Positions 19,362-27,935 of a stretch of DNA of 64,000 nt are shown here, in pieces (the first letter of the stretch is position 1; each line of letters begins with the position of its first letter). This DNA comes from an uncultured cyanobacterium (lineage in GTDB: Bacteria; Cyanobacteriota; Cyanobacteriia; Cyanobacteriales; CAWCAG01), in assembly GCA_963793425.1 (NCBI GenBank), contig CAWCAG010000009.1, positions 512,001 through 576,000 on the forward strand, given 5' to 3'. A model generated the notes under the pieces. The model did no database searches. It saw nothing but the letters and a program-made list of their open reading frames with translations, and had not been told where the DNA came from. The position numbers and the translations under genes were made by a program.

Positions 19362-20480
19362 GTGACTCGGCTAAACATTGCAAAGCTAAACAGGGAAAAA
19401 ATAGTCGTGGATAATAAGTTCGAGCCGCTTTCTGGCGGTGAAGTACTCTCAGTTGATGATTCGGTCCAATTTTTAATCGGACACACTACCTTCAGGGCAG
19501 AAGAACTATCACAAGCTCTTCGCACACAGATACTAGAGCATGGTATTGGTGGCTTAACCGAAGCTAAAAAGCATTGGTTGACTGAAAATGGTATCAACTG
19601 CGAAGTTTTAAGATTTGGTGCTAATGGTTGGCAAAAAGGTAAAGTCAGAATCAGCCTAGAATTCTGCCCTTCGGAAGGAGAAGCAGAGGATTTAGAAGAA
19701 TCTATTGGTAGTGAAGATGAAAGCGGTTTATCAGCTTTTGAGCAAGAGGATGACAGCGATTTAGAAGAGTTGGCTTTAGATGCTGATGAACCTACTATCA
19801 TTGAAGAAGAATTTGCTGTAGAAGCGGAATCTGATTCAAATTTTGGGGATGCTTCAATAGAACAAGAAGAATCAGAATTAGATTTTCTCCCAGAAGAAGA
19901 GGAAGAACCTGTTTTAGATATTACAGAAGAAGCAGAAATGGAAGCAGAATCAGAATTAGATTTTGGGGATGCTTTCACAGAACAAGAAGAACCAGAATTA
20001 GATTTTCTCTCAGAAGAAGAGGAAGAACCTGTTTTAGATATTACAGAAGAAGCAGAAATGGAAGCAGAATCAGAATTAGATTTTGGGGATGCTTTCACAG
20101 AACAAGAAGAAGAAGCAACTCCTATAGCATTAGGAGGAGAGTCTCAAGGGGAAATAGACCCAGAGTTAGTAGACTTGGGAAATAATCTCTTTGGGGAGGA
20201 AGAAGAATCCTTAGACTTCAACGGAAAAGTAACTTCTGAATCAGACATGGATATAGATTTAGATTTGGGAAGTAATGAAGAAGATTTGAACTTAGCAGAA
20301 CTAGAAAATAGTATCGAAGAAGAACTAGAATTAGTAGAAGCTTCAGAAAAAGATGGCGAGTTCGATCTAGCTGAGATGGAACAGGGCAATGACGGCTTTG
20401 ATGTTGCTCTTTCTGGGGAACCAGACAAGGAAAAAGAAGAAGAAAATTTGTTTGATGATGTCTGGCAAGATATCAACTGA
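19362..20480 (+). CDS. KGK-domain protein with long Asp/Glu-rich C-terminal tail
   Basis: CEVLRFGANGWQKGKVRISLEFCP KGK motif followed by ~270 aa of acidic low-complexity sequence. Confidence 0.8.
   Translation: MTRLNIAKLNREKIVVDNKFEPLSGGEVLSVDDSVQFLIGHTTFRAEELSQALRTQILEHGIGGLTEAKKHWLTENGINCEVLRFGANGWQKGKVRISLEFCPSEGEAEDLEESIGSEDESGLSAFEQEDDSDLEELALDADEPTIIEEEFAVEAESDSNFGDASIEQEESELDFLPEEEEEPVLDITEEAEMEAESELDFGDAFTEQEEPELDFLSEEEEEPVLDITEEAEMEAESELDFGDAFTEQEEEATPIALGGESQGEIDPELVDLGNNLFGEEEESLDFNGKVTSESDMDIDLDLGSNEEDLNLAELENSIEEELELVEASEKDGEFDLAEMEQGNDGFDVALSGEPDKEKEEENLFDDVWQDIN
19821..20111 (+). repeat. In-frame 120-bp tandem repeat (~2.4 copies, 40 aa unit)
   Basis: 19921-19980 is identical to 20041-20100; 19861-19920 and 19981-20040 differ at 2 positions. 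Confidence 0.95.
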
Positions 20481-20496
20481 AGCAATAAATATATGC

Positions 20497-20528
20497 AGCG
20501 CGATCGCTCTAAGAGTAGCGCGATCGCG
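20497..20528. repeat. Twin HIP1 sites 20 bp apart flanking a short insert (SDR5-like)
   Basis: AGCGCGATCGC-TCTAAGAGT-AGCGCGATCGC. Confidence 0.6.
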
Positions 20529-20800
20529 CCTATAACAAAGTTAACAAACCATTAACAAAACCCGAATAATTAGGTTAGTTGCCAAAATAGCTTCCCAAGA
20601 AAATCAGATTGCTATACTATTTAAAAGAAAACATAAATATAAAGTGAGTAGTTTGCAATTTTTCCGTGCCAATTCTCAACAACCGTAAGTATGTACAATG
20701 CACAAAGCAAACTCTTCCTGAGCATAAATTGAATGAGCGAGACAAGTCTCAGTGGTATCATCATTGCGTTGAAGAAATTTAACTTATAGAGGAAATAACT

Positions 20801-22399
20801 ATGATTCAGACAACGGTATCTCCCGTAGTCTTAGTCATTTTAGATGGCTGGGGTTATCGCAGGGAAACAGATGGCAACGCAGTTGCTAATGCCACAATAC
20901 CGGTAATGAATAGTCTTTGGGATGCTTACCCCAGAACTCTCATTAACACTTCTGGTAAAGCAGTGGGACTACCCGATGGTCAAATGGGAAACTCAGAAGT
21001 AGGTCATCTTAATATAGGTGCAGGAAGAGTTGTTCCTCAAGAATTGGTACGCATCAGCGATGCAGTGGAAAATCGCTCTATTTTACTCAATTCTGCTTTA
21101 TTGCAAATTTGCGAAAAAGTAAAATCTTCCGGCGGCAAGTTACATTTAATGGGCCTTTGTTCTGAAGGTGGCGTACATTCCCATTTACTACACCTTAATG
21201 GTTTACTTGAGCTAGCCAAGTCTCAGGGGATCACAGATGTTTGTATCCATGCTTTTACAGATGGTCGTGATACTAGACCTACAGCCGGGGTATCTGCCTT
21301 AGAAAAGCTAGAAGAAGCAATCCAAAGCTATGGTATCGGACGTATTGCTACCATCTGTGGCCGCTATTATGCTATGGACCGCGACCGACGCTGGGATCGG
21401 GTCAAACAAGCATATGATGTTATAGTTCAAGATGGCCCAGGAGATGGTCGTTCTGCGGCTGATATTTTAAAATCTTTTTATCAAGAAGACATTACCGACG
21501 AGTTTATTCCTGCCACGAGAGTAGCCCCAGGAGCAATTGAACCTGGAGATGGGGCGATTTTCTTCAATTTTCGTCCTGACCGTGCCAGACAGTTAACTAG
21601 CGCTTTTGTAAGCCCAAAATTTGATGACTTTGAGCGAGAATTGATTGAACCTTTACACTTTCTTACCTTTACTCAATATGAACCCAATTTGCCTGTCGCT
21701 GTCGCCTTTGAACCTCAAAACCTGAACAATATTTTAGGGGAGGTTATTGCTGACCATGATTTGAAACAGTTTCGTACAGCAGAGACAGAAAAGTATCCTC
21801 ACGTAACCTATTTCTTTAACGGTGGTTTAGAAGACCCCCTCCCAGGAGAAGAAAGACAACTAATTTCTAGCCCGATGGTAGCAACCTATGACCGCGCCCC
21901 GGCTATGTCTGCTGCCGCAGTAACAGAAGCAGCTTGTACCGCCATTGAAAAGAGTATTTACTCTCTGGTGGTTATTAACTACGCTAACCCAGACATGGTA
22001 GGTCACACAGGGAAAATGGAGGAAACAGTAAAGGCGATTGAAACAGTGGATAAATGTTTAGGTCAGCTTTTAGCAAGTGTCAATAAAGTTAGTGGCACTA
22101 CTTTGATTACTGCTGATCACGGTAATTCTGAGTATATGTGGGATGAACAAGGCAACCCTTGGACGGCTCATACCACTAATCCTGTACCCTTAATTATAGT
22201 TGAAGGAGAAGCAAGGAAAATCCCTGGTTATGGTGCAGAAGTTGAGATGCGAGAAGATGGTTGTTTAGCAGATATTGCACCAACTATTTTAGAGATTTTA
22301 CAATTACCTCAACCACAGGAAATGACTGGTAAGTCTTTAATTAAGCCTTTAGAGGTGGATTTTAAGCAAAATCGGACTCCGGTTAAAGTTTCTCTATAA
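20801..22399 (+). CDS. gpmI: 2,3-bisphosphoglycerate-independent phosphoglycerate mutase
   Basis: LVILDGWG, GQMGNSEVGH, GGVHSH, DGRD, NFRPDRARQ, AETEKYPHVT, NPDMVGHTG and TADHGN motifs. Confidence 0.98.
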   Translation: MIQTTVSPVVLVILDGWGYRRETDGNAVANATIPVMNSLWDAYPRTLINTSGKAVGLPDGQMGNSEVGHLNIGAGRVVPQELVRISDAVENRSILLNSALLQICEKVKSSGGKLHLMGLCSEGGVHSHLLHLNGLLELAKSQGITDVCIHAFTDGRDTRPTAGVSALEKLEEAIQSYGIGRIATICGRYYAMDRDRRWDRVKQAYDVIVQDGPGDGRSAADILKSFYQEDITDEFIPATRVAPGAIEPGDGAIFFNFRPDRARQLTSAFVSPKFDDFERELIEPLHFLTFTQYEPNLPVAVAFEPQNLNNILGEVIADHDLKQFRTAETEKYPHVTYFFNGGLEDPLPGEERQLISSPMVATYDRAPAMSAAAVTEAACTAIEKSIYSLVVINYANPDMVGHTGKMEETVKAIETVDKCLGQLLASVNKVSGTTLITADHGNSEYMWDEQGNPWTAHTTNPVPLIIVEGEARKIPGYGAEVEMREDGCLADIAPTILEILQLPQPQEMTGKSLIKPLEVDFKQNRTPVKVSL

Positions 22400-22594
22400 A
22401 AACGAATATTCGTAAAGACACTAAGTATTACAGGGGATACTGTTGCTTAACTCCCCAAATTCTTAGTGTCTTACGGGTTAGGGAGTAACTATTTAGTAAA
22501 TAACAAATAATAGCCGATTTGCAACAGCTATTGTTGAATCAACTTCGTTGAATTATTCTGGTTATGGTTTTCACTTAAGCTCAACTCAATATCT

Positions 22595-24040
22595 ATGACG
22601 AAGCTAAGAAGGTTAAAGCAGGAAAAAGGCTGGCTACGAACATGGCAAGCTTGCTTACCTCTAACTATAGTTATTCTGCTAATGTGGACTTCTGTAGGGT
22701 TGGCTCAACAAGAAGATACCTTAAGTTTGGAGTCTCTCAAAGTTGCCTTAGATACAGTCTGGGTTATTTTCACTGCCTGCTTAGTCTTCTTTATGAATGC
22801 AGGCTTTGCCATGTTGGAAACGGGGCTTTGTCGCAAAAGAAGTGCGGTCAATATCTTAGGAAAAAACCTCATTGTCTTCTGTTTGGCGACGGCTTCCTTT
22901 TGGGCTTTTGGTTTTGGCTTAATGTTTAGTGATGGGAATTTCTTTTTGGGAACCCAAGGATTTTTTCTTACGGGGGTAGATAATAGTCCCGCTATGGGGG
23001 ATAACTACCAAGGGGTTTTTACCTCTTTGAGTTGGACAGGAGTTCCTCTCAAGGCGAAATTCTTCTTCCAGTTAGTCTTTGCCGGAACTGCTGCTACCAT
23101 CGTTTCTGGGGCTGTTGCAGAACGTATTAAGTTTTTTGCTTTTGTTTTATTTAGCTTATTACTTGTGGCCCTTGCTTATCCCATCACCGGACATTGGGTT
23201 TGGGGAAATGGCTGGCTGTCTCATTTATTTGAAGATCAGCAAACTGGAGAGACAGTTTTAGCTTTTTGGGATTTTGCCGGTTCTACAATAGTTCACTCCG
23301 TAGGCGGTTGGGCAGCTTTAGTAGGGGCAGTTCTTTTGGGGCCACGTTTAGGTAAGTATCATCCTGACGGCACTACAGAACCTCTGTTAGGGACTGACGT
23401 GAGTATATCAACCTTGGGGTGTTTGATTCTCTGGTTAGGCTGGTTTGGCTTCAATCCTGGTTCAACCATGGCAGCTAACCCTAATGTGATTGTTCATATC
23501 ATCGTTGTGACCAATATGTCCGCAGCCGCAGGAGGAATTGCGGCTGCTATTGCCTCTTGGTGGTACTTCTCTCAACCGGATCTTTCGATGATCACTAATG
23601 GTATCTTGGGAGGGTTGGTTGGTATTACCGCTTCTTGTGCTTTTGTCAGTACTGGTTCAGCAGCGGTAATTGGTTTGGTAGCAGGGACTTTAATTGTTTT
23701 TGCTACAGAATTTTTAGACAGAATAAAAATTGATGACCCGGTGGGGGCGGTTCCTGTACACTTGGTTTGTGGTATTTGGGGGACTATAGCCGTTGGTCTG
23801 TTTAGTCAAGGTGCTGGCAACCTTTATGCCCAAGGTGAAGGTCCTATGGCAGGCTTATTTATGGGTGGCAATCTTGATGGGGTGAAGCAGCTATTGGTAC
23901 AGTTGGTTGGTATAGCTTCCGTTGGTATGTTTACAGTTTGTTTTAGTTGGCTAGTATGGTACGCAATTAAAAAAACTATTGGTATTCGCATACCCAAAAA
24001 GGTCGAATTAAGCAATATGAAAGAGTCAGAAGAATTTTAG
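22595..24040 (+). CDS. amt: Ammonium transporter (Amt family)
   Basis: GFAMLETG, FQLVFA, DFAGSTIVH, WFGFNPGS and DDPVGAVPVH (twin-His intact). Confidence 0.95.
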   Translation: MTKLRRLKQEKGWLRTWQACLPLTIVILLMWTSVGLAQQEDTLSLESLKVALDTVWVIFTACLVFFMNAGFAMLETGLCRKRSAVNILGKNLIVFCLATASFWAFGFGLMFSDGNFFLGTQGFFLTGVDNSPAMGDNYQGVFTSLSWTGVPLKAKFFFQLVFAGTAATIVSGAVAERIKFFAFVLFSLLLVALAYPITGHWVWGNGWLSHLFEDQQTGETVLAFWDFAGSTIVHSVGGWAALVGAVLLGPRLGKYHPDGTTEPLLGTDVSISTLGCLILWLGWFGFNPGSTMAANPNVIVHIIVVTNMSAAAGGIAAAIASWWYFSQPDLSMITNGILGGLVGITASCAFVSTGSAAVIGLVAGTLIVFATEFLDRIKIDDPVGAVPVHLVCGIWGTIAVGLFSQGAGNLYAQGEGPMAGLFMGGNLDGVKQLLVQLVGIASVGMFTVCFSWLVWYAIKKTIGIRIPKKVELSNMKESEEF

Positions 24041-24048
24041 TTATAGTC

Positions 24049-24074
24049 TGCTAGTTGCTAGTTGCTAGTTGCTA
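24049..24074. repeat. Heptamer tandem repeat (TGCTAGT) x~3.7
   Basis: Read directly between convergent genes. Confidence 0.85.
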
Positions 24075-24109
24075 AAATCCAGACTTCAGAGAAGCTTTTA
24101 ATTCACTGA

Positions 24110-26230
24110 TCATTGAATTGATCCTGAAGCATGAACTAATCCTAATAAAGGGCCATTTTGTTCTTTACCATTAACGGCTAAATCGCTGTGACAGAGAATG
24201 AGGCGTTCGTCAACTCTGCCTAATAAATCTTTTAAAATATTCACTAAGCGTTCCTCCTCCAATTGAGCATTTTCTTGTGGTGTTAAGGGCCGTCTTTCCC
24301 AGTTACGTAAAAAGAGATGGGAAGCGAATAAATTAGCCGCACCTCCTTTAGACCAAAGACTGGAACTCGCATCTAACCAAAAGTGCCAACGGTGAGAACG
24401 GCGACTAGAACGGTATTGAAAGATAGTGGCTAGGGTAATGGCTTCTTGCTTTAAGGCTTTTAGGGGTCGTAGGGGATAAGCATTGGCTGTGATAGTTCCC
24501 CTTCTCAGTAGTTGAATAAATTGGGCGATCGCAGCAGGATAAGATTTATCCCTGGTTTCGTTGTCCCTTAAGCGACGCTCCACTTGCCAATAATGTTGGG
24601 CAGTTTCCATTAGTTCTCTCAGGGCTGCTAGCTGATTGTAGGGCAAGTTAGGGGCGTTTTGCAAAAAGTGCTTGCTGGCAGCATCGAGGATATCAATAAC
24701 CCTTGGTAGGGGTTGGTCTGGGGATGATTTTTTTGTTTCTATCCACTGCGCTATATTTTGATATGCTTGGCTAGCTTGATGCCCTAAACGATCCCAACGA
24801 GGAAATGATTCTATAGCTAAAAGATGGGGTTGTCTTGGGTCAGGAAGGTAGCAATGGTCTGCTAATAAGCCAGCCCTAACTGGGTCAATTGCGGCAATTA
24901 ATTGACCTTCTCCTTGCTGTGTTCTGCTTAAAACCACTAACATTTCCGCTACAGCATCTTTGTCTACTAATCGCCCTAAATGAGGATAAATGAGTGTTAA
25001 TAAGGTGAGCAAAGCTCGAATAAGGGGAAAGCTGATTAAAGGACGCTGTTCGTTGAGTGCTTCGACAGCAATACCTTGGCTGGTTAGCATTTCTATTAAG
25101 CTGTAGCGGGCAATTTCATCTAAACCAGGGGCAATTAGCGCAATTTCTGAGGCTTTCACCTCTCCTTGTTTTATCCCTTGGATAATGGCATTGGCTGTTT
25201 CCCTTAATAAAGTAGCACGGGATGTAGCCTGAATTGATTGTACTGTTGGGGGTAAGCGGGGGATGAAAAGTTCCCCTTTAACCATTTGCACTATGGTTTC
25301 GTGCCAATCTCCTCCTAGTCCCCGTAAGGGTGTGGTGGTTAAGTCTTCGATTTGGCAATAGGCAGCTAAGTTGCCTAAATATTGAGGATCGGCGTTTAGT
25401 CCTAACCTAATTCCTCCTTGAGGATTGTAAGTAAAAACTCCTGTGGCCCCTTGGTCTAACAAAAATTGTAATAAATCTCCAGCGATCGCGGGGTAATCAT
25501 CAACATCATCAGCAAAGATAGCTTGGTAGCGACTGGTTAAATGTTGTTGGTAGGTGGGATTAGGCAGTAAATAACGCCAATATAATTCATAAATAACACC
25601 GTAACTGAGTAAACCCCTGGTTAAGCTCCATTGTCGCCACTCTAGAAGTAAGGTTGCCATATGTTGCCACAGGGGTATATCTTTTCCTTTGATGGTGATT
25701 ACAGAGTTTTCCCACTCTTGTTCCGGCAATCCCAAGGCGAGAATATCAGCGATCGCTTCTGTTTCTGTACCACTGGCCCCAGCTAATTGCAACAAATCTA
25801 AAGTTTGTCGCACTAAACGAGATTCCATGACACCAGATAGTTGTAAATCACCCTGTTGCCAGGACTTACGCCACAATTGAGTTGCTAATTCCTGTTCTGT
25901 TTCTGGCCGTAATCGGAGGGGGAATTGTGCTTTTAAATCAAGCAATTCAAAAAGCAATGGCCAAAAAAGCATCACCTCATCAGAAATAAATCCTAAAGGA
26001 GTTTTAGAAATGACCGGATAGCTACCTTGAATGGCGATCGCTAGTTGATCAGCTAACTCTCGTCGATTATCATCATTCGCTGCAAAAACTAAGATAGCTG
26101 GACTTAATTGCCCCAAAAACTGTCTTTTACTTAGTTTTACTGTTACCCATTGCCTAAATTCTCTGACTAGCTGAGTAGTTTTACCACTACGAGTTAGTCC
26201 AATGATCCATTTTTTCAATTGCCTTGGCAT
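24110..26230 (-). CDS. Conserved cyanobacterial protein with degenerate SF1-helicase/P-loop-like features
   Basis: 706-aa ORF with N-terminal GLTRSGKT (Walker A-like) and IFADDVDD (motif II-like). Confidence 0.7.
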   Translation of the reverse strand: MPRQLKKWIIGLTRSGKTTQLVREFRQWVTVKLSKRQFLGQLSPAILVFAANDDNRRELADQLAIAIQGSYPVISKTPLGFISDEVMLFWPLLFELLDLKAQFPLRLRPETEQELATQLWRKSWQQGDLQLSGVMESRLVRQTLDLLQLAGASGTETEAIADILALGLPEQEWENSVITIKGKDIPLWQHMATLLLEWRQWSLTRGLLSYGVIYELYWRYLLPNPTYQQHLTSRYQAIFADDVDDYPAIAGDLLQFLLDQGATGVFTYNPQGGIRLGLNADPQYLGNLAAYCQIEDLTTTPLRGLGGDWHETIVQMVKGELFIPRLPPTVQSIQATSRATLLRETANAIIQGIKQGEVKASEIALIAPGLDEIARYSLIEMLTSQGIAVEALNEQRPLISFPLIRALLTLLTLIYPHLGRLVDKDAVAEMLVVLSRTQQGEGQLIAAIDPVRAGLLADHCYLPDPRQPHLLAIESFPRWDRLGHQASQAYQNIAQWIETKKSSPDQPLPRVIDILDAASKHFLQNAPNLPYNQLAALRELMETAQHYWQVERRLRDNETRDKSYPAAIAQFIQLLRRGTITANAYPLRPLKALKQEAITLATIFQYRSSRRSHRWHFWLDASSSLWSKGGAANLFASHLFLRNWERRPLTPQENAQLEEERLVNILKDLLGRVDERLILCHSDLAVNGKEQNGPLLGLVHASGSIQ

Positions 26231-26351
26231 TTTTACTATAGGCTAATCTTATAATATACTCCATACACTCTGAGCTATCTTATTCTAGGCATTCTGTCAG
26301 AATTGGATACAATCGATATTCTTTCTCTTCATTTTCCTCTAGAGTATTTCT

Positions 26352-27740
26352 ATGGAACTTAGAGCTATCTTTCGTACAGCTAAGCGTTGGTTTTCAGGTA
26401 CTCCAGACCGAGCTTTAGAACAAGCTTACCGTGCTGCTTTAACTATTAAAGCCCTTGAGGATGAATATTTTGATGGGCAGAAAGTACCGACTGATTCTTC
26501 TCAATATGGCGACAGGGTTATCTCCTACTGTAATGCAGAAATCAAGAAAAACTTAAAACTTGCTAAAGTTAGGTTGGCTGAATTTAAAACCAGTAGCTCA
26601 TTTATCAATACAGGAGATATTTATAACAATGACTTAGCTGATATTTATGGGAATTATGATGAAGAGGTTCGAGAAAAAGCAGCGGTTTTTATTGATAAGC
26701 TTAAGTTTATTGATGAGGTTATTTCTAAATATGAAACCCAAAGAGATTCTGCAAAAAAATCCCTTTCTTTGGTTGAGGTTAAGTCTCCAACCAACAAGGT
26801 TAATGTTACAGAGAGTCTACCTAGTAAATCTCAAAATAAGAGTTTAATTAACACTCAAAATAGCAAACTCTCTTTACCAACTCAGTCTCAGAAGTTTGTC
26901 AAAGAAGAAGGAACAAATTTAGAAACTGTTACTGACAAAACAGGAGTTTTACCAAGGTCTATATTGCGTACCCTCAAACGGATCAGGCGAGAAATAGATC
27001 CCCAATCAAGAGAAACAGAAGATGAAGTTATTAAGAAATTTCGCCGTTCTCGCGACAAAACAGCAATTTCTGTTAAATTCCTACTACTTTTGATTATTGT
27101 CCCTTTATTAACTCACCAAGTTGCTAAAACTTTTATCTTGAGTCCTCTAATCAAAACCAACTTTTTCCCTGAAAATAGTGAGGTTGTTTTTGTTAATGAA
27201 GATATGCAAGAAGAAGCTTTTACAGAGTTACATCGCTACGAAGAGAGTCTTCATTTCAAAAGTTTAATTGGCTTAGCTCCAGAAATATCTGCCCCAGAAA
27301 TAGAAGAAAAAATCAAAGAAAAAGCGCAAGAAATTGCTGAAGAATATCGCTATCAGGGTACAGATGTAATTGGCAACATATTTGGTGATATTTTTTCGTT
27401 AGTTGCCTTTGTTTGGATTATCTTAGTTAGTAAAAGAGAAATCGCGATTTTAAAATCGTTTTTAGATGAAATAATTTACGGTTTAAGTGATTCTGCTAAA
27501 GCTTTTTTAATTATTTTGTTCACAGATATGTTTGTTGGTTTCCACTCTCCCCATGGTTGGGAGGTTATTCTTGAAGGTGTTGCTCGACATTTTGGCATAC
27601 CGGAAAGCCGCGATTTTAACTTCTTATTTATCGCCACTTTTCCAGTTATTTTAGACACTGTTTTGAAGTATTGGATTTTCCGCTACCTCAATCGTATTTC
27701 TCCTTCTTCAGTGGCTACTTATCGAAATATGAATGAATAG
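26352..27740 (+). CDS. pxcA: Proton extrusion protein PxcA (CemA family)
   Basis: TPDRALEQAY, GVLPRSI, GLSDSAKAFLIILFTDMFVGFHSPHGWEV and KYWIFRYLNRISPS motifs. Confidence 0.96.
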   Translation: MELRAIFRTAKRWFSGTPDRALEQAYRAALTIKALEDEYFDGQKVPTDSSQYGDRVISYCNAEIKKNLKLAKVRLAEFKTSSSFINTGDIYNNDLADIYGNYDEEVREKAAVFIDKLKFIDEVISKYETQRDSAKKSLSLVEVKSPTNKVNVTESLPSKSQNKSLINTQNSKLSLPTQSQKFVKEEGTNLETVTDKTGVLPRSILRTLKRIRREIDPQSRETEDEVIKKFRRSRDKTAISVKFLLLLIIVPLLTHQVAKTFILSPLIKTNFFPENSEVVFVNEDMQEEAFTELHRYEESLHFKSLIGLAPEISAPEIEEKIKEKAQEIAEEYRYQGTDVIGNIFGDIFSLVAFVWIILVSKREIAILKSFLDEIIYGLSDSAKAFLIILFTDMFVGFHSPHGWEVILEGVARHFGIPESRDFNFLFIATFPVILDTVLKYWIFRYLNRISPSSVATYRNMNE

Positions 27741-27741
27741 A

Positions 27742-27783
27742 TAATGGCTAATTGCTAATTGCTAATTGCTAATTGCTAATTGG
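27742..27783. repeat. Heptamer tandem repeat (TAATTGC) x~6
   Basis: Read directly just after the pxcA stop. Confidence 0.9.
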
Positions 27784-27935
27784 GGTGTATCTCATCAGAG
27801 GGAGTAGAATTTGCAGAATATCCTCAAGAGTTTGCAACTTTAGTTAACCAAGGTATGGCATACGATTATTCTTGGCATCAGCCGGGAGAAAACTATTTGG
27901 GTGTTTATGAATATATTCGTTGTCCTCCTAATTAA
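27780..27935 (+). pseudogene. Probable orphan 3' gene fragment (51 codons)
   Basis: Open frame ...GVEFAEYPQEFATLVNQGMAYDYSWHQPGENYLGVYEYIRCPPN* looks protein-like and starts abruptly at the heptamer array. Confidence 0.4.

Noticed and set aside
19821..20111. Repeats as a possible CRISPR array
   Set aside because: Contiguous in-frame coding repeats with no unique spacers and no cas genes. The same applies to the heptamer arrays.
19340..20485. Ser-rich antisense ORFs of 252 and 113 aa
   Set aside because: Shadow frames of the GAA/GAT-rich acidic KGK tail.
22400..22594. NtcA box upstream of amt
   Set aside because: No GTA-N8-TAC was found; the nearest is GTA-N10-TAC inside a hairpin.
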